From positions 41,580,788-41,644,787 of the forward strand of contig CM120640.1 of assembly GCA_051362555.1 (NCBI GenBank): DNA of 64,000 nt, read 5' to 3'. A program made the position numbers and the translations under genes. Shown piece after piece: positions 38,001 to 50,000 of the stretch; position 1 is the stretch's first letter, and each line of letters begins with the position of its first letter. Below the pieces are notes generated by a model. The model saw only the letters and a program-made list of their open reading frames with translations, ran no database searches and was not told the origin of the DNA. This DNA comes from Lingula anatina. Its lineage: Eukaryota; Animalia; Brachiopoda.

Positions 38001-41000
38001 CGATACCGCCTCCGGATATTGTACCACCAGCTGGAGTAAGCGCATTCGTATAGACCCCCCCCCCAAAAAAAAAGGGACACCATCACCAGTATTGTGCTTG
38101 ACAAGCTCTATAAAATGCAATCAACAAGAGTTCTCAAAATATGCCAAAAAATATGAATAAAAATGGTACAATCAAGCAGATTTTCGAACTGACCTGCATT
38201 TTCCTACCATTGATCACTCCTGTGATTCTCTAGACAAAAGGCCTATTGGTTTTCCTTAAAATGTGTTGTCAGTGGTGCATATATGCTGACAAAAGAGAAA
38301 ACCTAGGGGCCACACCGGGCACATCTCTGCTAGTTTTGAAGATATGAGGAGCAAGAAAATATGCAAAGCTCAGTTCATGGTGAAAAAGTAGGTCAAAGTC
38401 AATTTCAACATCATAGTATATGAATTTCTATTCAAGTTCAATAGTAACCATAGGCATTTTTTTTCAAGTTTCGCAGATATAAAGGCCAGAAAACATGCAA
38501 AAAGCAGTTCATCATAAAAATTAGGTCAAGGGTCAATTTCAAGGTCACAGATTGCCAGTGTATTACTTCCTATTCAAGTTCAATAGTAACTATGGACCTT
38601 TCTCTGCCAGTTTTGGAGATAAAAGGGAATGGAAATTTGCAAAGTTCAGTTCATGGTAAAAAGTAGGTCAAAGGTTAATTTTAAGGTCACAGTGAATTGC
38701 CAGTATATGACTTCCTACTCAAGTTCAACAGTAGCTATGGGCGTATCTTTGCCAGTTTTGAAAGTATAAGCATTAAAAAAGTTGCAAAGTTCAGTTTATG
38801 GTGAAAAGTAGGTCAAAGGTCAATTTCAAGGTCACAGATAAATTGCCAGTATGTGACTTCCTATTCAACTTCAATAGTAACTATAGACCTATCTCTGCCA
38901 GTTTTGGAAATAAAAGGGAACCAAAATTTGCAAAGTTCAATTCATGATGAAATTTAGGTCAAAGGTCAATTTAAAGGTCACTCCTAGATTGCCAGTATAT
39001 GACTTCCTATTCAAGTTCAATAGTAACTATGGACCTATCTCTGCCAGTTTTGGAGATAAAAGGGAACAAAATTTTGCAAAGTTCAGTTCATGGTGAAAAG
39101 TAGGTCAGAGGTCAATTTAAAGGTCACAGTAAGATTGCCAGTATATGACTTCCTACTCAAGTTCAACAGTAGCTATGGGCGTATCTTTGCCAGTTTAAGA
39201 GATATAAGGGCTAGAATATTTGTAAAGTTCAGTTCATGGTGTAAAGTAGGTCAGAGGTCAATTTCAGGATCACAGTTAGATTGCCAGTATATGACTTCCT
39301 ATTCAAGTTCAACAGTAACTATGGGCATATCTTTGCCAGTTTTGGAGATATAAAAATCAGAAAACTTGCTAAGTGCAGTTCATCATAAAAAGTAGGTCAA
39401 AGGTCAATTTCAAGTCAGTTAGATTACAAGTATATGACTTCCTATTCAAGTTCAATAGTAACTATGGGCATATCTCTGCTAATTTTGTAGTATTTCACAT
39501 TTTATTTTCACCACTAAATATTGGATGTTGAACTGTCGATATAGTACAATGCGTAAGCCGTATCGAAAACAAAAAACGGACACCACCTTCAGTGTTGTGC
39601 TTGACAAGCTCTACAAAATGAAAAAAACAAGAGGTCTCTGGCATTAACAGTTCCAGAATTTGAGAGAGTTTTCAGTTTTGGCATCTAATGGCCGCTACGC
39701 CCGTGAAAATGCACCGATTGACCCCAAAATCACGAAGATGAAAGAAGACCCTAAGGGTAACACCTGTCCATAATATTATAAGTTAGATCTGTGAAGTTTC
39801 TGAAAATCGGCATAAAATAATAATTTTTTTGCAAAAAAATCCCATTTTTAGAAAATTTTGGCCCGTTTGACCTTGAAATAAAGGTCAAAGGTCAAATCCA
39901 AGGGCATATTTGAAATCTCCACATATGACTTTCGGTCAGCCATCTGTAGAAATTTTTCACATAATTCCTTCAGTATGGGAGATATTTAGCATTGAATTTT
40001 CAAAAATTTTGACAAGGGTGCGTTATAACGAGTGCCACGCCCAGGCCAATGCACCGACTGAGACAAAAAACCCAGGGGGTTCAAGTTGAGATTATATGTG
40101 ACCAAAATCCAAGAGATGGGGACACAGGTCCTTGCGGTCTAGGAGGAGAAGCGGTAACGGTGACTTGTATCCCACGCCATCCTGCGGAGCCGCAGGAGCC
40201 GCAGGAGCCGCATGAGCCGGCGGAGCCGCAGGAGCCGCAGGAGCCGGCGGAGCTGTACGAGACGGGTCGGGACTAAAACCATGAGTACCGCCAGCGTACA
40301 CGCTGGTGGTACTAATTAATGAAACATTCTCATTGCCATTACTGATTTATTTAATTTGACCCTACATGTCTGTAGAGGTCTAATAAAATGTAATATTACA
40401 CTTACAAAATAACAACAAAAATGGCCACTGTATTATAGTACACTACTCCACCTTTAATCTAAATTGAAGTGGACTAAAATTTTGTTCTAAAATTTAAGAA
40501 TGATTTATGGTCAAAATTTTTTGGGTGCAATTTTGGCCTGGTGGCAATTTAGCCAGAGTTTAATAATCCCATCAATTAATCTGTATGGTAAAACAAAACC
40601 AAATATATGTTTCAGTCCTTACCAGATGGATGCTGAACTTCACCATTGGTGACTTAAAGAACTGCATGATTTTTTCGTGGATTTTTAAACCTTTTTTCTT
40701 CCAGCGGACAGAGAAAAATATGGGAGGAAACACCAATGCAAAATATATCTGAAAATCAGGATATTCATCATTAAAGAAATCATATGACACATACAATGTC
40801 CAAAAACTAAGATGAACAAAATATTACATTGAATAAACAAGAAAATATGATATAAATCATTATCCAACAAAACCATCCATAACACAGCTACAGTTCATAA
40901 GTTCGCTCACCTTCAGGCTTGATGACAACACTTGTCCTTTCCACATTTGATTAAGTTGGTTTTGGCAACACTCTGTTGACAGGAAGGCCTAAGTAGAATG

Positions 41001-44000
41001 ATATACCAAAGCTCAATTAAACATTAAACAAGAGACACATATCACACAATGAATCGGTTTGTTTCACTTACTGCAAATCCACCCTTTTGTCATTTTTAAT
41101 GCAAGCATTCATTCCACAGCCTTGAATTCTCCAGTGAGTAATGAGAATACCTTGCAGTTAGCCGCTGCTGCCACTTCCAGGCAGTTCTGTTGCCCCCAGT
41201 CAGTATAATGCCTGTCTATCAACTGCAGAGCTTTCTCCTCATCAGCATTATAACACTCCTCCAGTACATTCTCTGCCAGAATCTCAAAGGTGCTACATGT
41301 ATAAAACAAGAATTTAGTTACCATATGGTATGTTTATAAAGAGCCCTTAATTTCATTTCAAATTTTTTGTGCTGTAAATGTCATCCTAGTATGACTTTCA
41401 AATCCATTGTTGGTCATCTTCTTCATTTTTCATTTCCTCATAACTGCACTGACTTATTGCAAGTGCCTCATTGAAACATGAAAAAAAAGAAGAAGCTGGC
41501 ACCCATCAGACCTGAAGCTTTGGGTGATGTCATTATGGAACACTCTTAATCTGTTTTATACAGACCCTTTTAATTTAAACAAACACAGGTACTAATAATG
41601 AATCTTTACAGGTGACACTAGGCTATTTAATGCTATTTCTTTCTTTGTAAGATATGCATTTTTTAGATTTAAAGCAAAACCACAAAAAAATCAATTGTTG
41701 GACTGAAAATGCATATACATTTGTTTCTTAACTGTACTACATGTGGTTACAATCTGTAATATACTAGATATTATCCTTTCAATTTTTTTACAAAAAAAAA
41801 AAAAAATTAATTTATAAATTAGGCTTCAGTAAAAAAAAAAATTACTGAAAAAACAAGAATGCTTCAGAGTGAACCAACTGTGTCATGAAGTTCTTACTCT
41901 TTGTTTTTGAGATAAGCATCTTTCAGTTCATTATTGCGGGTATCAGTGTTTTCAGCAAGTTTCCCATATAGCATACTCCCCACCAGGGCAGTGACCACTG
42001 CATCATCACCACTCTCCCACAGGTACAAGGCCAGTTCTTGTCTGGAATATTCATATGTTATCTTTTCAAATGGGGAAAAATGCAATTATACTAGTGGGCA
42101 TCATCCTTTTTTAAATCACACTTAGTCACAAATTGGTTTGCATGAAGAAATTTTGTAACCAAAACCAAAAACATATTTGCTCATAATGTACTAGCATGCT
42201 TGATTGTTAGTGTGTATTTTCATATTTATTAGATGCACATATTCCAACAGTTCTATCCTGTATGCATCTAACAATCTTTATAAACGTCTCACCTGTTGAA
42301 AAACACAGCCCACAAAAATAACTCCTTGAAAGGTTTCTCAAATGTGTCCTGACTTGGAGGAACATCCTCACAAACTATATGGGGTCTAATGGGGTCATCT
42401 GGCATATCTGAACCCACATACTGGGAGGCATCGTGTTTGACTTCAAGTTTCTTCAGAAGAAGGCTGATCTGGTTGAGGGTCAAGACGTCTGTTTCCTGGA
42501 GGCCTACATTCTTTTGCAGAATCTCCTTCATGTGGGCAGACTTGGACTGACTGGATAAACCCTAAGAATAGAATCCAAACATTTAGGAATATAAAGACTG
42601 TTGACATAAAATAAAAATATCACCTCAAATTGTTCTTAAAATTTGTCAATATAGGTTCTTTTTACTAGCAATTACCAAGTATTAAATTTGTCAAAGAAAG
42701 CATCTTTCCTTAATCCCTACATATAAAAGAAATATAGACAAAAGACAAAATCTGCTGTTTTCTCCTTATGACTGAATATGGTTAGAAAAGTCGTACTCTA
42801 GCAGTCTTTTCTCGATTCTTTTACATAAGTGTCGGCAGTGTGTCACACTTTCATTTAGTACAGAGAAGAAAAAGTTACTCACCGCTCTGTATAACTCCTC
42901 CAGTCTTCCAACTGTCAAGTATTCACTCATAGAAACACCATGCTGGAGCATCAGAGCCACAAAGTCCACCTGGTTGTTCTTCAGTGCAATGGTCATAAAT
43001 TCATCTAGACAGCCTAGAATTTAGTACAGGCAAATTTTTAAAAGCAGATAGTGTCATTTCTTTGTCATTTCACAACACTGTACATCTGAAGGAATATTTG
43101 AATAATTATCTACCCAGAAAGTTCTGTAATCAACATAACCTGAAAAAATTTTAGACAGCAAGTGATCTGTCATAAGCTAATGATAGTCATTACAGTGCCA
43201 TTCACTTAAAAACATCTGTCTGCCCCAAAGTCCATTTAAACTGACCTATATTCTTCAATTTATGGATAAAATAGGCTTAGCGATAAGCACTTATAGTTTC
43301 TTAGTGATGTTGTGTCATTACATAATATACCATATTTATTGTGCATAATTTGAAGAATGGACAGCTACCTTGAGACCAAATTCGGTCACTAAGAAATATT
43401 TTGTCCTCAGCAATGTCACTCCTGTTCCACTTGATAGCCAAGGTCAGCTGTTCCAGCCTCTGCTTCTCATCAGAGTTCCCCTTGACTGGAACACAATCAT
43501 TTAATTTATTATTACAAGGATGGGCTAAGGGAGTGCTAAAAAAGGTACCCCCCTCCCCTCAACTCCCCCAGTTTTAAAATAGTCTCATTAAAAACTCAGG
43601 ACCTTATTAAGTCCACTTCCCTACCTAAAAAAAGGAAAGCCTATCAAATTAACAAAAAGTAAAAAATCAGTGATCATATTGGTTCAACATGTTTTAAAGC
43701 TAATGGCTATTTTGGAGCCCAATTAAAAAAATCTCATTCAAGATGGATCATTATGTCACTAATTGGGTTCATTTTTCATGAAAATAAAGCCTTAATGGGT
43801 TGTAAATTGTTAATAACAACATTACTTTATTTTTGGGTTGGATTAAAAGATGTGCCCAACAGTAGCTCAAGATACTTTGTATGAAGAGTAGTTTGATTTT
43901 CTCAATGCTTTTCAAACTGCACACTTACCTTTTAGTAATGCTGACAAAATAGCTCTGTCCAGAGCTTCGTCTCTGTTCATATCAAATATTGTAATCTGAA

Positions 44001-47000
44001 AATTATTTAAAATTCATTAAAGCAGCAAATCAAAGCACAATGTATCCATGAGCAAACAAAATATTTCATCCATCACATGGTAATAATACCTGCCCATAGC
44101 CAGGGGGGTTTGAGGGGTTTCGAAAGAACCCCCCCTTTTCCTGAGAAAATATCCCCTCTAGGTAAAATTTTATCTAGGTACATGAAGGTCTCATGGTAAA
44201 AGGTCCATTTTTTTCGAAAAAGAATGCCCCTTTTGAAATTGCTGGCTATAGGCTTGTAATATTTCTAACAGTGATGACTCAATCTTTTCAATAGGGAAAA
44301 TTGGGAATTTTACAGATACAGTTTTTTTCAATTCATAAATTCTTATTGGATGGTAGCAACAAAATCCAAAGGCAGGCAATCCTATACAGAAAAGCACCAC
44401 AAATGCTATATAAACATATTTTTAATGATTTCAAAATTATATTGAAAAGATCAAGTTATTGCTATACTAGTACTTGTCATCAGAATCCTTTATACTACAA
44501 TAAAGGAACTTATTGAGAATAAATAAATTAATAAGAAATATTTTAATCCAAATATCTCATAATTCTACTCTCTTTTGATAAATAAAAAAGAAATTGCATC
44601 TTACATGAACCAAGTGAGTTGCTGACGTGCAATATCTTAATCAATACTATTTCTCAAAAGTATCACCTTATACATACGGTAAAGTCTTGAAAATTTCGTC
44701 GTTCTTGAAAATTTCGTCGGCAGACGATTTTCCGCCGACGTAATTTTTTTCCCTTTGAAAACTTCGTCGACCTTGAAAATGAGGTACTCTATAATTTTTG
44801 AAAAGTTCGTCACCAAATATGGCCGCGTTGTCCAGCTCAAACATGAAGGTAATGCGTCAGTTGATTCAAGACAATGATACGATCAGGATATCATTGCCGA
44901 TAACACTCTCAATGGGAGATAGGAACAATAGTGCGCCCCTGCGAGCGGTTACTCACAATATAGATGGTTTAGATGTGAATTCCCGTTCTCAATTGCGGGA
45001 ACGTAGGCCTTTTGTCTTTAGTTTCATTACTGTAACCTGGCTTAAGGTGCGTTATCAAGCCGGAAAATAGAAGTCACAGGCCGCGGCTTTGTCATTTGTA
45101 ACGCCGTTATTGTTATCGGCGGCTGTCCTAAATGAGAAAGACACAATGAAAAAATCAAGATATTATCTCGAAGTGAAATGTACCCGTCACTTCTATTCAT
45201 GTCCATGTTCAATTTAGGACCATTTAACGATTACCTGGCTCGTACAGGGAGATCGTTCGCAATGTGAATGGGACGAGATGGCAATTTTCATATCTTCAGC
45301 GGAGAATCGTTCTCGTAATATCGTCAACAGATCGTTCGCGATCCAAACGAGACGGGAAAGTAAATTTTCATATTTGTAGCGGACTCCGTTCGCGTAAGAT
45401 CATCAGCGGGAGATCGTTTGCGATTCGAGAGAGACGAAAAAGGCAATCTTCATATCTTCAGCGGGAGATCGTTCAGGATGTAAGCGAGAATAAAAATTTA
45501 ATGCACTTTTCATATTAGTTCAAGGGAACTTCGTTCGCGTAAGATCATCAGCGGGAGATCGTTTGCGATTCGAGAGAGACGAAAAGGCAATCTTCATATC
45601 TTCAGCGGGAGATCGTTCAGGATGTAAGCGAGAATAAAAATTTAATGCACTTTTCATATAGTTCAAGCAGGGAATTATATCCGATATAATTCCCTGGTTC
45701 AAGGGAACTTCATTCGTGGAAGATCGTCAGCAGGAGATCATTATTTTAACCCCCCCCCCTCCCCCTTTGAATTTTATAAATAATATATACTTTTCATTTT
45801 ATCTTTAACCCCCCCTTCCCCCTCTCACGGCATATCTTCAGCGGAGAATCCTTCGCGTAATATCGTCAAGACTTTGTTCGCGTAAGATCGTCAGAGGGAG
45901 ATCGTTCGCGATCCTTGCTAGACGAAAAGGCAATTTTCACATCTTCACCAGGAGATTGTTTGCGATGTAAGCAATAATAAAATGCAGTTTTCATATTAGT
46001 TAAAGGAACTTAAATTACGAAAGATCGTCAACGGGAGATCATTATTTTAACTCCTTGTAAATTTTCAGGAAGTTACAGATGGTAATTTTAGAAGGCCTGA
46101 CACTCAATCCTGGGAAAAGCCCTGCATGCAACAAACGTTCCCAAGAGCGTAATTTTTTTAATATGTCGCGTCCAGGTTATGATGCAAGGTTGCAATTAGG
46201 CTTATCTTGATCCTTCTCCTCTATCAGGAGGTATGTTTCTTACTGAGAAGATAATTCTCAACATGTTTTCGGGTACAGTAAGTTAAGTATAACTTAATCG
46301 AGATGCACTAATAAATAGATTATTATTTACCACCAGAAAATGACTTAGGAAGTAGTAATAAATATCCCACAATATAGGAGGGTCAAAGATAACAGTCGCT
46401 AAGGATAAAAGCCCAAAGGCCGGATTTTTGAAAATTTCGTCATACCCAGGAGTCGGGGAGAGGTAATTTTGAAAAATTAGTCGGATTTACACAATTAAAA
46501 ATATGAATTAATTTTTAAGCGACGAAATTTTCAAGACTTTACCGTATTCATAACTTGGGAATGGGCTTGGGAATTACCATACAATTACTTGATGTTTGAG
46601 TAACTTACTAGATTTTCATTCTGACAAGAAGCTTGAACCATATCTGAGAAGTGCTTCACTTGCTGCTCAACATAATTATCTTCCTCATTCTTTGTGGCCT
46701 TGCCTCTCCAGTTATCACCAAATGCTTCACGGATCTTTGCGTTCAGCATTCTCTCAGCTTTCTTGGAGAGACACTGCTTGTCACTAGATATAGGTTATGG
46801 AAAGAACACCAAAAAATTTATGGGTACACTTCTATGGGTTACACTGCTACTTCACATGCAACATATGTTCCTTTTACTGCTTTCCACATTATTTAATAAT
46901 CAACAGAAAACCTATTCATATGCAATTTCAACTAGACATCTTTTATCAATGACATAGCTGTTGGCATATGAGCATGTGTGCATGCATGTTTGCATGGGTA

Positions 47001-50000
47001 TGTGCATGCAACCTTTCATATTCATAGTGCATATACTTGCAGATGCCACAATTTTATCAAAGTCTGGATCTGCCTCAAGTTTTGTGCATTAACTTACTTC
47101 TTAGTTCTTGTTTGGTGGTTAAAAGCAAAGGCCAAAATGTCTGCTGCTCTCCCCGTGCCCTCACACACTACCACAGGAATTCCCAGGTCTAAGGACTGCT
47201 TGGCATCAACAAGGGCATCATAACCGCCTTCCAGTATTAACAGTACTACAGGCAAGCCAAGGCCATCTGAAAGGAGGATAGTCATTGTTATTTTGTCCTG
47301 TTTTTTTTCCTAATAATAAAACAATCCTTATAATGCTGACAATTAATCACCTAATATATAATGAAAAAACAAAACAGATGCAGAAATATGAAGTCTTTAG
47401 AATGCTGCTTTGAATTCTTATACATCAGTTTCACAACTACCTTTATAACAGAAAATGATATTCCATTCATGCGCCTCCAGACCTAGATAAACTTAAGCAA
47501 TTCCTCAAACAACTTGTATTCCTTTCCCTGAGTACAGGCATTCCTTTTAAATTGCTAAAACTACATACTGATCTTTTTCATAATCCACTTCTATTCAAGA
47601 CTGTACCATATCCTCCACTGTTATAGGATATTCCACCTAAATCACTATATAAACATCTATCTTTGTACCTGGCTCAGGGGTCAGCATTTTCTTTTCCAAC
47701 ATAGCCCTAAATTTCCCCACATTGTATGTGTTTCTCAAGCCGTTGTCCACCAAGAGGAAGTGGGTGTGGCTGGGATTGAGAGACACTGGCTGACCGTGCA
47801 GAATTAGTGTGCTGGATTTGTATCTGGCTGGAAAGCAACCCTGAAAGAAAAATGTATGTTAATGCAAAAGATATCACTTATACACCTACAAAGTACTAGT
47901 AAATGTATTTCTAGTCCAAAATACTGCTAACGTGCAGTATTTCATCTAGACAATGGCCAATTCTGCATTTCACAAGAGAGGAGAGTAGACATGCTAATAC
48001 ATGTGTGAGTAGATAATAAACCTGTTTATCTCAATGTGGCATATAAGCATGCAACGGGGAGAGAGAATGGGAGGAGAAGGAAGGAGCACGCCAACAGAAT
48101 CTCTCTTCGAAAAACAATTTGCTTAGGCCCTTGTCCATTTTTTTCACCCACCTTTCCATCATGTGACACCAGTCTATCTCTGTCCATGACATAGCCCCAG
48201 GGTGGTATGCCAATACACCTAATGGAGTGGGTCACATGCTTGGCATCCCAGTTATAGGTCTGGGCATCTCTAACTGCATCCCCCACAGCTTTCATCACAC
48301 CCGTGTTACAGCCTGAGGTTATTATCCATGCATTAGTGGTTTTTGCAGCCTGTATAATAAAAACAAGAATTATAATAACCATAATCATAAAAGAATTTGT
48401 ATGTCTGTCTATTGCTTAATGTTTCACCCAAAAATTTCATTGCATTTTAGTTATCACTCAAGTTATGACACTTGAGGATGTCTGTGAAAGAAATTTGATT
48501 TATGGACATTTATGGATAAACTGCTGTCAGAAATAATTTCTTAACCTTACTCCGGTTTTCTGCACAAAGTTTAAACTACCAGCCCTCATCCAAAGAAAAA
48601 AGATGACATCTTCCCTCTTTATGCCTGAGAACTTATATAACATTTACTATACTACTATCCAGTGACATCTATTAGCATTACCTTCACTAAGCCTCGACTG
48701 AATACTTCTTTCTTCCTTCCAGCCAGCTTAAAATTCTTAGCTCCTCCTATCACTGATATCACTAGGCTGGGTTTGTATGGCTCAAACATGTTCCATTTAT
48801 CCTGGTCTATCAACAATTGTAATGTGTCATCTACACACTCCTCTGTCACACGCATATACTAAGAGTAGAACAGATATATATATCACTACTGTAAAATGAC
48901 TAGCAGTATCAATGTTTATAAGACAAACTAGACAAACTATAGTAAACTGATGAGGAAATTTTTCGTCAAAAGCATGTTAAATGTTATCACTGTAATTCTT
49001 TATAAAGAACACTTCACTTTATATCTTTTTTGCTTGAATCTGAAGCTTTTTTCTCTCTTTTGTTTTGGAATTATAGTTTTAAATTTTACCTAAAAACTTC
49101 TTCATGCACACATATTACAAAACGTTAGGAACAGTGCAGTTCAATAAATTACAAATGTGGTGTAATTACCTTGGAAGGCTTGCTGTATCCCATACCATTA
49201 CTCTGGAACTCTATCTTCCCAAAAGCATTTATTGGAAATTCTTTGATGCAATTTTTCTGATTCCACTCATCATCTTTAAAAAAAGAACAAAAAAGTTTAT
49301 GCTTCCATTAGAATGCTAAAAAATGCTGATCTCAAATAAAGGTACCCATCATTTTATAAGAATCTTGCACTGACAAAGTGATGAAACTTCACAACAAATC
49401 TTCCTGTTTTAAAAAATAGTAGACAAGAAACAAAAATAATCTAGAGTCTTAAATAATCTAAAATACTAAAAGGTACCTTGCCCAGCCTGGCTTGAGCTAG
49501 ATGGGCCAGCATCTTGGTTAGTCTGTCTATAATGCCTCTCCTTAGTTTCTCCACAATGACACCTAAAAGTGAATTTCAAAGTAACATTTCAAGGAATTCA
49601 AAACATGCAGAAATGCTCAGACCAATGGAGAGTATATAAAAAACATGTTTGCTGCCAAATACTGACAGAGAATATTGCCTAATTACCTCATAGTAAATAT
49701 CCTGTTCAAAATGACCTCCCCCTTTACCAGACTATTTCCTTTTTCATTGATTGGCCATTCATCATTTTGCCAGTTATAATCAACACAAATAACTGCAACA
49801 GTGTTTGCTACTCACCATATTGAAGTATATAAGGCAAGTAATTCCCCGCAAAATCAGTAAAGTAACTTACCTTGGAGGTCCTGACTGTTTTTTGAGTTTG
49901 TCCTCTTTAACAACAAAGTTCACACATTCTTTTATCTGAAATTTCTTCCTAACAAATTCAAGGTAATTTGATTGTGCCAATTTCTGAAAACGTAAAAAAA

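Larger units (their letters stand above)
37982..40315 (-). mobile_element. Helentron/HINE non-autonomous element with an internal satellite array, in a TRPM intron
   Basis: On the minus strand: 5' palindrome GTACCACCAGCGTGTACGCTGGCGGTAC, 3' subterminal IR GCTGGTGGTAC, 3' hairpin GAGGCG-GTAT-CGCCTC and terminal CTAGT. Confidence 0.85.

Noticed and set aside
38320-39490. Tandem array as a CRISPR-like locus
   Set aside because: The units are homologous along their whole length with no unique spacers, the context is a eukaryotic intron, and there are no cas genes.
40049-40301. ORFs with EPQ or APA repeats
   Set aside because: They are products of the 9-bp minisatellite inside the HINE element.
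44798-45702. Short ORFs inside the TIR element as a transposase
   Set aside because: No DDE or other recognisable motifs; the frames derive from tandem repeats.
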